Source: Tetramitus jugosus
Taxonomy: Eukaryota > Protista > Heterolobosea
Assembly (NCBI GenBank): GCA_937625935.1
Contig: OW569367.1
Span: 124,001-188,000, forward strand
Direction of reading: 5' to 3'
DNA: 64,000 nt
A program made the position numbers and the translations under genes. Of the stretch, positions 1-10,653 are shown one piece after another. The notes beneath the pieces are model-generated. The model did not search any database, had not been told where the DNA came from, and saw only the letters and a program-made list of their open reading frames with translations. Positions within the stretch are counted from its first letter, which is position 1, and every line of letters starts with the position of its first letter.

Positions 1-2214
1 GACACTGTTGAACAAACGTTTATCAATTCCGACCAGACCAATATTTTATCATCAGGAAATGCTTCTGCCATTCTCGTTCCTCTGATAATATTGACTCAGA
101 GACGTTCTGCCCAACGATCTAGTCTTGCTAACCTTAACGCGCTTGCTAGGCTTACCGATATTATAATCAGCGCATTATCATCCACAAGGAACGGTAGTTC
201 AAGTTACAATGTTCAACAGTACATTCTTTCAACGTACTATGCAATGGAAGTGATAAGACAAAGCAAAAACACATCTGATCTTCTTAGTATTTCAACGGAT
301 GTGATACCTGTAATGGTCGATTCCATGTTCATGAAAATAGGACAGGTGAACAATAACTTACTTGACAATTTGCCACGGTTGGTACAAATGGGCTCCGGAT
401 TGGTAGAGGCTATCATACATCATATGGCGTTGTCCTCTTATGATGCGACTGCAATGATGCGATTCTTTGATCAAATTGGTAACCTAACGCATCTGGTTTC
501 GAAATTGAGTTTGAAAGGCGTTTTCGCTGATATGTTGCTTCAAATCGATCCAGCCATTGAGCTTGATTCCCATAGAGACATCATTTTTACTCACAAGAGG
601 GATTGTCGACTATTTAAGAGTCTATCGCGTATGCTCATGTGTTTAATGATCCAGAATCTTGAATTCTCTCGTGTTGTTCATTTAGTTGAGAGCAGAGACG
701 TGGCTTGTGTAGGGAAATTTGATCAAGAACTGGACGAAGACAGCACAATGCAGTTACTAAAGAGTATAACAAGGGATGAAGCACAACAAAATACTTCAAC
801 TATTCAACGAGAGAAGATTGCTCTTCATTGCATATTCAACTTAATGAGTCGAGGACACTCTTTGTATGATATGCTCCGGAGTACAAAATATGTCTCGTTC
901 CTTGAATCATTCTTACACAAGGGTTGTGTGGAAATTCTCGCAAGTCAATCTCACAACACGGATCACGTTCATCAATTGCTGTTGTGGTTGTATACATGCG
1001 ATCCTGATTCACCATTTGACAAATATTTCAGTCACCAGGAGCAAGAGAAGATATTCTCTGATTTGACCAACAGTGACACACTTCCTTTTTTAACAACAAA
1101 ATTGGATAAGATGATGCATCGAATTGGTCGAGTGTTGATGAACCAACAGGTGCAGTATAATCAAGGAGCACTAAAGGCTGATATCCAAGTGTTTGCCCAT
1201 TCCCTTTTGCGTCAAACTGCTTTTAGACATCCATATATTGTTCTGCGCTATCTCAATAGTATTTTGGCACTATTAGAACCAGTTGACTCAATCACTCTTG
1301 GATCGGAGATTCCACTCTCAGTCATCACAGTATACACTCAAGTGTTGAGCATAATGGATGCTCTGCGACCTAATATCTTCACTACAAAGTCAATCTCAGA
1401 GCTGTTGACCAAATCACTCGGTTTATATTTTGAATTGCTCAATTCCGCAACCGTGGCACAACATGATGCACTTTTACCACTTGTGAGCCACTTTATTGAC
1501 TTTTTAGGTCACTATATTCTCAACATTGCTTCGCAACTCGAATTACATGACGCAAGAAACATGCAACTCTCAAAGGAGGTCCAATTTCTGAGCAGTCGCT
1601 GTTCTGTACTGATACAAGCTCAGAATATTTTCTCTCAGGTCGCCACACAGATAAAGAATGTTCGGTTTAACATTGACATTCTCCTCGGTGTCATTAATGG
1701 AAGTAAATCAAAAAATAAGAGAGATGTACTCTCTCTGATCAGAAACGACGAAGCAACTTATCTGTCTGGAGTGAGTGTGAACACAGCGCTAAAGTTCCAA
1801 TTGCGTCCGAGAGACCCCAAACTGAAGGAGACTCTTCATTATTTAGACGAGCATTCTCAATATTCGCCCTCCATTCTGGAGAGCTATATCGATAGCTTGT
1901 TGGATCTCGTTATGTGTGAACCCAGAGATGACTACAATACTGACAGCACGATTCGTATGAGCTATTTACTGATCATACGATACTTGAAGACGGATTCAAA
2001 ACAAAGTTATGACAAAATTATTCCTGTCTATCTCAAGTGCTTAATGCATCGTAACCATAATGTGAGATTGCACGCTATACAATGCGCTCCAGAACTCTTC
2101 CCATTCTGCAACGAGTTCATGCCAGAATTACTTAACAGTTTGTTCATCAACCAAGAGAAATCAGAGGCAATAACTACCTTAATCGAGATTATTAAGATGT
2201 ATGTGACTGTTTGA
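1..2214 (+). CDS. INTS1: Integrator complex subunit 1, C-terminal part (5'-partial)
   Basis: Frame is open from base 1. RHPYIVLRYLNSILALL, LDEHSQYSPSIL and IPVYLKCL..VRLHAIQCAPE follow the order and pattern of the INTS1 C-terminus (HPLLLLRHLPMIAALL...IDEMSRRRPEIL...LPTFMYCL). Confidence 0.8.
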   Translation, partial: DTVEQTFINSDQTNILSSGNASAILVPLIILTQRRSAQRSSLANLNALARLTDIIISALSSTRNGSSSYNVQQYILSTYYAMEVIRQSKNTSDLLSISTDVIPVMVDSMFMKIGQVNNNLLDNLPRLVQMGSGLVEAIIHHMALSSYDATAMMRFFDQIGNLTHLVSKLSLKGVFADMLLQIDPAIELDSHRDIIFTHKRDCRLFKSLSRMLMCLMIQNLEFSRVVHLVESRDVACVGKFDQELDEDSTMQLLKSITRDEAQQNTSTIQREKIALHCIFNLMSRGHSLYDMLRSTKYVSFLESFLHKGCVEILASQSHNTDHVHQLLLWLYTCDPDSPFDKYFSHQEQEKIFSDLTNSDTLPFLTTKLDKMMHRIGRVLMNQQVQYNQGALKADIQVFAHSLLRQTAFRHPYIVLRYLNSILALLEPVDSITLGSEIPLSVITVYTQVLSIMDALRPNIFTTKSISELLTKSLGLYFELLNSATVAQHDALLPLVSHFIDFLGHYILNIASQLELHDARNMQLSKEVQFLSSRCSVLIQAQNIFSQVATQIKNVRFNIDILLGVINGSKSKNKRDVLSLIRNDEATYLSGVSVNTALKFQLRPRDPKLKETLHYLDEHSQYSPSILESYIDSLLDLVMCEPRDDYNTDSTIRMSYLLIIRYLKTDSKQSYDKIIPVYLKCLMHRNHNVRLHAIQCAPELFPFCNEFMPELLNSLFINQEKSEAITTLIEIIKMYVTV

Positions 2215-2381
2215 AGGCTCACTCCATCAAGCTGCTATGTAAGTCCCGATTTTGTAGGAGCGTTAAGGTGTCTTATCGGGAAACCATAATGTTTTTATTA
2301 TGGCTTGATGGACAGTAGACCGCCACCTTAAGATGTATGTTACTGTTCGAATAAAATATTTTTTTACCATGCTACAAAACT

Positions 2382-2936
2382 CTACGACATATTCTTCTGA
2401 ATGTTCTGAGAAAGCCACTTGATTCCTTGTTCAATTCCTTCGCCTGTTAACGCGTTACTCGCCACTATCGTCCACGATTTTTCCTTGATGTCGTGTAACT
2501 TTAACATTTCACTGCACTCCTGAGCACTCAAACTGCTGGGCAAGTCTTGCTTGTTGGCAAAGAAGAGTAGAGGTGTGTTCTTCAAAAGTTCTTTGTGAGC
2601 TAACAAATTTTCAAGTTCATCTAATGCAACAGCCATCCTCACTCTATCCGAAGCATCAATCACAAAGATAAGACCATTGACATCCGAGTAGAAGCTTTCC
2701 CATAGATTTCGGAACTTCCCCTGACCACTCATATCGAACACGGTGAAAGAAAGATTGTTCTTTTCAAAGTTTTCGACAGAGAAACCCACTGTTGGTGTAA
2801 TGTCTTGGGATTGAACCTTTTTCGGTTTTAACAAGTTAATGATCGAAGTTTTTCCTGAATTATCAAGACCACAGCAAACAATCTTTACTTTTTGCTTCTT
2901 CTTCTGGAATATGGACAAAAAGTCAAACAGTCCCAT
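2382..2936 (-). CDS. ARL6: ADP-ribosylation factor-like GTPase 6 (BBS3)
   Basis: MG N-terminus, GLDNSGKT P-loop, PTVGF, the ARL6-typical FDMSGQG, and NKQD. Confidence 0.93.
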   Translation of the reverse strand: MGLFDFLSIFQKKKQKVKIVCCGLDNSGKTSIINLLKPKKVQSQDITPTVGFSVENFEKNNLSFTVFDMSGQGKFRNLWESFYSDVNGLIFVIDASDRVRMAVALDELENLLAHKELLKNTPLLFFANKQDLPSSLSAQECSEMLKLHDIKEKSWTIVASNALTGEGIEQGIKWLSQNIQKNMS

Positions 2937-3015
2937 GATCTTTCGCTTTTATATATACTACCAATATTTGTTTCTCTTTGTTCCCTTTTTCATTCCGCCA
3001 TTCCCGTAAATATGT

Positions 3016-4568
3016 TCAACTGTCGAGAGAAAAGTCCGCCAAAAGATTCTTTGGCCCCAGTGGTGAGATCGGGCTTCGAGGAATGTTTCCTGAGCCTGGT
3101 GTTTTGATTTTGACACTTTGTGGTGTAGCTCCAGTGTTCTGTAATGATCGTACCCAATTAGCGAAGGCAATGCGCGCAGGTTCAAGGTTGTCCTTGTCAC
3201 GCACATACAAGCGAATGAACCTCTCTTGGAACTTGTCTGGAATGAGCAAACTGACTGAATCTTTTCCCAAGTAGAAGGGATCTTTTGATCCACTTGAATA
3301 GAACTTGCAATAGTCTACGGGGTTTCTATCCTTCATGGCATAGTTGGTCTTTAGATCATGGACAATGACATCAGATTCTGAAAGATTGTAGTTAGAGTCC
3401 TGATGATAAAGAATATCAGCCGCAGTTACCTTCTTAGTAAACTTTGAATAAAGTAATGTTTCATCAACAAACTTGTACAGATCTCGCTTTCTGAGCCTTT
3501 GAATAATAGCTCTCGACTCTGCGAGCTCTGGAGCTTTGGAGAATTCAATTTGGCGCAACAAGCAATCAGTCATAGTCATGTATTCTTCTGGATAGTATAT
3601 GCAGTCAGATATTTTAAGGAATGAATCAGCAGCCACCAGCGCATCTGTAATCATGTACTCTACAGCTTTTCCAACTCTGTGTGTGTAGATTTGTTTGTGG
3701 AGACTGTATCTTGTATGAAACATCTCATACAGATTATAAGCTTCCTTTGCAGAGTAGCAAATCTCGCCACCAACAACCTTGCTATACTTCATAATTCTTG
3801 TAAAGTCATATGATGTCTTCAGACCCAGGTTGTAGGAATCACGTGCCAAGTAGTCGAACTTGTCAACATCTACAGAATTGGTCTTGTTGGCCACAATTTG
3901 CCACAAAAACTTTTTTTCATCCTTTCCATACATGTATTCGTGAGTCTTTGGAATATCGGAATGCGTCACATTTTGATCACCCATGATCAAGTCTCCAATA
4001 AATTTGACATCATCCTTTGAATAATCCAAATTATTGGTTTCAATCATGTGTTCGAGCATCAACAGACTTGCCTTCTCATGTTGCCACTCAGTATTGGGCT
4101 TGACTCTCGGAATAAACTCATTGTCAAACACGTGACTAAATGGTCCATGACCCAAATCGTGACACAGTGCAGCCACACGCACCAAATGAGCCTCCCTGTC
4201 CGTAATCTCCAATTCTTTCTGTTTGGATCGAAAACGATCAAGCAACTCTCCTGCCAAATGAGACACACCGATGCAGTGCTCAAATCGATTGTGAGAAGCT
4301 CCTGGAAACACATAGTAACAACTGCCCAGTTGTTTCAAATCTCTCAAACGCTGGAAATGACATGTATCTACAATCTTGATCAAATCCTTCTCCAAGCTTT
4401 CATTTTAATTTCTTGTTGGTTAGCAACAAAAAACACTCATCGATCAAAAAGAATGTGAAAAAAACGAACCTACCTGATATGACCATGAATGGGATCGTTG
4501 ATAATCTTGTCATCTACAAAGTGGAGATCGTACTTTTGTTTGGCACTCATATTCTGCCTTGAAATCAT
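3016..4568 (-). CDS. SAMHD1: SAMHD1-like HD-domain dNTP triphosphohydrolase, 2 exons: 4568 (or 4550)-4474 and 4396-3016
   Basis: Splicing gives KIINDPIHGHIS-LEKDL. Motifs FQRLRDLKQLG, HNRFEH, CHDLGHGPFSH and DVDKFDY are present. No SAM domain. Confidence 0.92.
4397..4473 (-). other. Spliceosomal intron (77 nt) in SAMHD1
   Basis: GTAGGT donor, TGCTAAC branch point, AAG acceptor. Removal restores the conserved DPIHG motif in frame. Confidence 0.88.
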
Positions 4569-4687
4569 TTTTTAATTCACTGTTGAGTCAAGCTTCTTGG
4601 GCAGAATTTTCCTGGTTCGCTTTGGGATTGGAACTTTTTTTGGCGGCAGACCAAAAAGCCACCCTATTTTCGGAATGTCTTTTCTGA

Positions 4688-6148
4688 ATGTTTTTGAACC
4701 CGAAACGAACAAGCCAGACCAAGAAAAACATGAGAAACAGTAACGCACCAAAGAATATCAATCTGTCTCACACGAATGCCTCTGCCAGTTCTCTCATTGA
4801 ATTATTAATCAGAGCAACCTCTCAAATGGTGGAAGCCGATGATTCAAGTGGCGGCTTTAGTTGTGATACCATCGTCAACCTCAGCAACAACAAGATTGGG
4901 GTCGAGGGAATTGACATGATCATGTCCCGGCTTACGAGACCAGATTTTATCAATCATTTTGGAATATCTGAACTGGATCTGACACACACACAACTGAGCG
5001 ATGAAGGCTTTGTAAAGTTTGTCCGCTTCTTACCAAAGTTACCCCAACTGAAAAGGTTACGGTTGGGTTTCAATCGACTGACGGTTCAGTCGATGCTCGT
5101 GCTAGCAGACTGTCTTGAAGGGTTGGATACAAATACATGTATTACTGAGTTGGATCTGAGACACAATGATATTTGCTCTCATGGTCTCACGCGATTGCTG
5201 CTACTTCAACCAGCTTACAACAATCCGAGAGTGAGGCTCAATCGATTAGCAAAGCAGTTGCAAGTGTTGGACTTGACAGGAAATCATAGAATAAGTGATG
5301 AAGGACTCAAGTTACTCAGTACCGCACTTATCAACCAACCAGACAATCAATTGAAGACTTTAATCATGTGGGGAAATGGTATCAATGACTCCTCAGTCGC
5401 CACACTATGTCAAAGCGCTCTTACCAGCGAGAATTGCAAGCTAGAGGTATTAGATTTGACCTCAAATAACTTGAGCCAGTTATGTATAGGAATGCTCATT
5501 TTCTGCTTAGAGAACAATGAAGGAACATGTGGAAGGATTGTCAGTTTGTCTGTGACTGGCAATGCTGCACTTAAAGACTCGAGTCTCTTGAAGAGATTGT
5601 CACTCGTATTGAATAGAAATAAGACTAATCAGAGGAACACCCACGGTCGAATCTCGTTTAGTAATAGTGATGGGGCATACTCGATAGACTTCTCCAAATG
5701 TTTTGCTCTACTGAGACATGTCAAAGAAAGATACAAGCATGAACCACATGTGTATCACACATTCCTTGATAAGATGAGCCTCTGTGCGAACAACAAGGGA
5801 GTGCCTATCCGTAATTTGTACCACCAGATGGTTCAACTCTTTGGAGATGACCACTTTATGATTAGCGAGCTCTCTAATGTTTTTTCTGAGAGTACTCAAC
5901 CGAGCAATCATCTCCAGGCAAATTTGAAGCAATATGCTCCAACTGTTCACAGTGCCTCTGTGATCGACCTCGAACGCAGAGCCAACGAGTTAGAGGAACG
6001 AGAGAAAATAGTAGAGGAGAAAGAAAGAGCTGTTCTTTTCCTCCTTCAACGATTGAGCGGTATTCATGAGTTCAGAACGAAGAATGGAGAAGTCATCCAG
6101 TTGTCCGTAAAGGATATTCTCGGTTCTGCGAAACAGCACTGTAATTAA
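4688..6148 (+). CDS. RNI-like leucine-rich repeat protein with a C-terminal PAH (Sin3-type) domain and short coiled coil
   Basis: Repeats of the type LxxLDLxxNxIxDxG. FALLRHVKERYKHEPHVYHTFLDKM...MVQLFGDDHFMISEL fits the PAH pattern. Confidence 0.75.
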   Translation: MFLNPKRTSQTKKNMRNSNAPKNINLSHTNASASSLIELLIRATSQMVEADDSSGGFSCDTIVNLSNNKIGVEGIDMIMSRLTRPDFINHFGISELDLTHTQLSDEGFVKFVRFLPKLPQLKRLRLGFNRLTVQSMLVLADCLEGLDTNTCITELDLRHNDICSHGLTRLLLLQPAYNNPRVRLNRLAKQLQVLDLTGNHRISDEGLKLLSTALINQPDNQLKTLIMWGNGINDSSVATLCQSALTSENCKLEVLDLTSNNLSQLCIGMLIFCLENNEGTCGRIVSLSVTGNAALKDSSLLKRLSLVLNRNKTNQRNTHGRISFSNSDGAYSIDFSKCFALLRHVKERYKHEPHVYHTFLDKMSLCANNKGVPIRNLYHQMVQLFGDDHFMISELSNVFSESTQPSNHLQANLKQYAPTVHSASVIDLERRANELEEREKIVEEKERAVLFLLQRLSGIHEFRTKNGEVIQLSVKDILGSAKQHCN

Positions 6149-6574
6149 AATCTCCGAACCTCACAGCTTCAATATTTTCTTGCATGTCATACCACATGAG
6201 TCGACTTATCATTCTTTGATTCTTTCCCTTTATAATGACACATACTCGGAGCAACAAACTTCCTTTCAAACATGACTGTACTTCGTCAGGATTATTTCTG
6301 AAGTCGTACTTAAACACCCTATAAAATCACGGAACGTGATCTCCCGGATGAGGATGTATAGACCGTTTGCCTGAGCGTGAATTTTGTACTGGATGCTATG
6401 CTAGCCTTGTGCTTCTTCATCCTCGTATGTTGATGATCGCTACAAACTGGTGGCTTCGGCTGCTTGCTTGGGGGCTTCCTGGTCATACTGACGGGTTTCT
6501 TCTTCGAAATTAACAGAAATGCGTTGAGCAGGTTTTCTTTTTCAAGTACGTGAAGAAAAAACTACGAGTAAAAA

Positions 6575-8044
6575 ATGGAACAAACACGAAGCAACAACGA
6601 AAAGATGTTCAAGTCTCGTTTCAATCGTTATCCCAAAACACCCTATCAACAGAGACTCAATGAGTATCTACAGCAGAGAAACAAGCTGTTGTTGGGTTTA
6701 ACCAATGATGTCAGTTATGTCGAACCACAAAATGATAGCGATGAAAGCAGTGATGAACCAGAAGAGAAGAAGACTTTGTGCTCTCGTTGTTGAGAGTGGA
6801 GGAATGAATCGATTGGATTATGATTCCTTGGCTCTTATCTTTTGTTTTTTGTCATGTCCCAAGGTAATGCAACTCAGATTGACCAACAAGCATTGGGATC
6901 ATGTGATTATGTGTTCGGATTACATGTGGGACCAGTTTATAGCAAGAGATTCTATGGTGCGTTGGGTGAGGGCAAAATTGTTCAAGTGGATGACGAACCT
7001 TTGATTGAATCTGAGTTGGATGATGATGAGATATCAAGAGAAGAACAATTGGAACGAGAAAATGAAGAAGAGGAGGAAGAAAGTGAAGAGGAAGAATCTA
7101 GGTCTGAGGAAGATGAGGAAGATGGAGCTGTCAACCACGAGCTCGCAGAGGTGACAGAGGAAGTCATAGAAAAACTTTGGAATTCCAAAGCTGAAGAAAA
7201 TTATACTGACGACAGAGAAGAGCATGATGATAGAGATGGTGAGCAAGAAGAAGAAGAAGCCAGCAAAAACCTCAGAGAACAAAAGGGTCAGGAGATAATC
7301 TCTCCTCGATCTCTTAGCATGAAAGCATATGTGTCCTTGTACAATATGATTCCTGCTATTTCAAACGTAATTCCAAATACAAAGGGAAAGAAACACAATC
7401 AGAAGGTTAGTGATGAAGACGAAGAGGATGAGTATGAAGAAGAGTATGACGAGGAAAGTAGTGCTACTATTTTATCCGAGCAGAGAGCCGAGTATAGATT
7501 AGCTTCATTCTATGGAATCACACAAGCCCACAAGTTGGCTCTCATTCTCAGTCTTCTGATGGTAAATGACTACACTCCATCAATACTACATGATATGGTC
7601 AAGATTGGACGAAAGGAGGACTACAAATTGATTCCACTTTCTCAATTTTGTTACGCTGTTCTCACTGGTCGAGAGAATCAATTATACCAGGATGAATTAA
7701 GCATTCCTAGTGATGAGGACTTAAGACTTCACAACACCAATTTAAAACATGTGGACTATAATGACATTTATGAAATAACACATCGAGATGTCCTTAACCA
7801 AGTAGTTGCTCTTTCTCCCAACATTGAAGATGGTTTTATTCCGTTCCTGTTTTATAAATTCATGAGACCAACTCGTAAAAAAGGAGATTTGTGCGAATGG
7901 GTAACAGATGAAAGTGGTTGGTGTCCTATGTTCATGAATGCATCTTTCTCATGGTTTTATTTTGCAGAATTTGTCACGAGTTACGAAAAGGAAACTGGAA
8001 TAATGACTGTTCTCAAGAAGAAGCAAAAATTTCCTGTATTTTAA
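6575..8044 (+). pseudogene. F-box protein with acidic tract, broken by two compensating frameshifts (pseudogene or consensus error)
   Basis: ORFs 6575-6793 and 6842-8044 share a frame. The F-box (MNRLDYDSLALIFCFLSCPKVMQLRLTNKHW...MWDQF) lies in the +1 frame between about 6770 and 6938. Confidence 0.6.
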
Positions 8045-8210
8045 TTCAGGATCTTGTCGAGCAATACAGTTCTCCTGGACCCTTTTATTCTCGCTTCATT
8101 TTCTCCAAGAAACAACGGCTTTTCTGAGAAACAACACAATGTGCTTCAATGAAGAATATAGAGTATTGATCCTAACAAATTTGTTAATATTTGTGTTCTT
8201 TAGATCTCAC

Positions 8211-9296
8211 TCACAGTTGGATCAGATTGGCCTTGACTAGAGCAATATTTGCTACCTTAGACCGTGTTGGACTTAAGTACTTATCCCTAAGCGCTTTTAA
8301 CGTTAGGCTGTTACTCTTCTGAGTCTTGATTAGCTGTAGTAACCTAGTTGTGCATGGTCTCAATTCGATGTCTGAAAACCCAGAGTAATACTGTAAGTTA
8401 ATGCCCCATGCCTCCTGCTTTCCTGAAAATTTGTTGCTGAGGAGGATTGAAGAACACGCAATCACTGAGGGAGCAAACCCTAAGAAATCATAGTCAACTA
8501 ATGCAAGTTCAGAGAAAAAGAGGGCTAATAGTTGGCCGTCCGCTGCCACTTTTCCGCACTTACAATATCTAGTTAAGAATGTGAATGGAGTAGTCACTGT
8601 CAAATTGAAATCTACGGTAGCTAAAATGCAGCTCTCCATCTGTAATACAGGCACCTTCTGAATTAAGTGGGCAAATGCTAAGAATTGCTCAATTTCAGGA
8701 GAGTATACCTCTTCATACTTGCTTGCAATGATCAAACATGCCAAACCGATGAGTTGAAATTTGGACTTATGGACTTGTTTGAGAGTCAAAAATCTATCCA
8801 TGATGTTGACCGACAAGAATAAAGTGCCCGGGACTAACCTCAACGCTCTGTGGACGGCCACAAGCCAGTCAACCACGATCGCTCTCATATTGGATGTTAT
8901 ACTCGATTGGTTCTCCATATAGTTAGGATCAGGAAGATATTTCAATTCATTGTGTTTCGCATGAATGTATATTTCTTTTGCAAACTCAGAAGCTGTTTGG
9001 GGGTTACTTCTATCTTGATCTACTCCGGGGCTGATCATCACAATTTTCTTGTACGATGGAAGGTAGATAGATGTCTTAGGGGGCGTGCTTACCTGCTGGA
9101 AAACAGGTGAAGCATCAATAGGTTGAGCAATGCCCTTAATTTTGGGACTAACCATTGTTGTGGTCCCTTGCTTATTGGAAATCGAGGCAAGAGGTGCCCT
9201 ATACCCACTCGTGCTGTTGTTTGGTTTGAGGGAGGTTGTAAACTTCAAAGACAAACCAGCGTTCATATTCTCATTGTTCTTGATCAGAGAGTTCAT
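8211..9296 (-). CDS. Mitotic (B-type) cyclin
   Basis: D-box RAPLASISN; cyclin box MRAIVVDWLVAVH; IASKYEE; C-terminal cyclin fold. Confidence 0.9.
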   Translation of the reverse strand: MNSLIKNNENMNAGLSLKFTTSLKPNNSTSGYRAPLASISNKQGTTTMVSPKIKGIAQPIDASPVFQQVSTPPKTSIYLPSYKKIVMISPGVDQDRSNPQTASEFAKEIYIHAKHNELKYLPDPNYMENQSSITSNMRAIVVDWLVAVHRALRLVPGTLFLSVNIMDRFLTLKQVHKSKFQLIGLACLIIASKYEEVYSPEIEQFLAFAHLIQKVPVLQMESCILATVDFNLTVTTPFTFLTRYCKCGKVAADGQLLALFFSELALVDYDFLGFAPSVIACSSILLSNKFSGKQEAWGINLQYYSGFSDIELRPCTTRLLQLIKTQKSNSLTLKALRDKYLSPTRSKVANIALVKANLIQL

Positions 9297-9352
9297 TGTT
9301 GTGTTTGTTTTATAGGAGAATGTAAAAAATGGCTAGATCGTTGAGCTTTCAC

Positions 9353-9393
9353 GTAACGTTCAAAAATTTGATTAGTAAATTACCGGTAACGTT
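9353..9393 (-). promoter_or_regulatory. Putative cell-cycle promoter elements of the cyclin gene (CHR-like TTTGAA and a repeated GTAACGTT)
   Basis: TTCAAA at 9359-9364 reads TTTGAA on the coding strand, about 65 nt upstream of the ATG. GTAACGTT occurs at 9353-9360 and 9386-9393. Confidence 0.35.
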
Positions 9394-9450
9394 TTCTCAT
9401 TCCAAAAAGAGTTCGAATTGGATCGCTTTCGATTGCAGGTATTCACAAGT

Positions 9451-10265
9451 TTATTGCACAAATACCAAGTAAGATATAAACAAATAGAATAATACAACTG
9501 GATAAACACTTAAGAGCTGTCTATCTTGATGCACACTGGTAGATACGAGTGTGCTACTGCTGACAACACTCCAAGTGCATGCAGCTATCGATAGCATCAA
9601 TCGAACAAGCCAAAATTTCATGAACAGAAAAACTATGGAGCAAACCACCAGTGGAAACACACAGTAGCCCAGCACACAAACACTCTGGAAGAAGGAAATT
9701 TTCCCACCGAGCAATTGAGCATTGATCGTTACAATGGCACTGCCTATCCAAACAATGACAAACACTCCACCAAAAACAATACCAGATTGACCCGTCTTGG
9801 CATTCACACCCATACAACTATTCATTCATTCATTCAAACAACACACACAAATACAATTGAATTTAGCACCCTCAAACATTTCTCCGACTGTCAAGAAAAA
9901 GCAGAGTGATCTTTGAACGAACCAAGCAACATGAATAGTGACGTCTATTCACTCGTTGTTCACCAAAAGATTCCCACAACACACATAAAACAAACACATT
10001 GACACACGTACGTTGCTAATATCAAACAAAATAAGAGTGGACCCCATAGATCCCAATCGCGCAACTCATTGGCACTATTCTCTGTCCACTTTGGTATCAA
10101 AACAGCTCTACACTTTCGAAGGATACTGTGCAGATCTCTCCAAATGGTCGTGTACACTGGTTCTTCCAAAGTACTGCTCATCATGTATTCATTGTTGCCG
10201 CCTGTAGCAATATCGATCGAGTGATCACCAGTGGTTGATATTGTGTCCATATGATCTTCATTCAT
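9451..10265 (-). CDS. YIPF6: Yip1-domain Golgi protein YIPF6, 2 exons: 10265-10012 and 9817-9451
   Basis: STLEEPVYTTIWRDL, LRDWDLWGPL, LLGGKISFFQSVCVLGYC and YPVVLFY. Spliced junction reads LAT-CMGVN. Confidence 0.9.
9818..10011 (-). other. Spliceosomal intron (194 nt) in YIPF6
   Basis: GTACGT donor and TAG acceptor; joins the two Yip1 ORF halves in frame. Confidence 0.85.
9867..9971 (-). ncRNA. Candidate intronic structured RNA (H/ACA-like double hairpin)
   Basis: Two adjacent hairpins on the sense strand with G-U pairs and an ANANNA (AGAUCA) at the hinge. No canonical ACA box. Confidence 0.35.
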
Positions 10266-10653
10266 TGTTCGTTTGATTGTTTTTTTGGAGTCTCAAGAAT
10301 TATTTTTGCTTTTCTCTTATCGAAATGATTTTATTTCACCCACATTAGCAGACGACGTGAGCTTGGATGAGATGTCAAAAGCAATCCTGATGGCCTCAAC
10401 TTGACAAATTCTGTATTTAAAAAAAACATGGGACGTTTACCAAGCTTCGACAATCTTCATGTCTCATGAGAAACGATTGTTACAGTCTTTGAGACGTCCC
10501 CGAGCAACAGCCTCCAGTCGTCTTATCCATTTCGTGCAACGAGCAAGTCATCACTCTGAGTGGAATACTGTCGTCAGCAACATTTCCATTTTATTCCTCT
10601 GAGGGATGGAATCAAAACAAAAACCACAAACAAAAACAAGAAGATAATTGAAA

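Noticed and set aside
6093-6490. Short ORFs on both strands between the LRR-PAH and F-box genes
   Set aside because: No recognisable motif, stops in all frames, and the 74-aa ORF starts with GTG just after an in-frame stop. It may be decayed coding DNA but no call is supportable.
6785-6793. CxxC followed by TGA as possible selenocysteine readthrough
   Set aside because: A second stop follows within ten codons, and the conserved F-box is in another frame.
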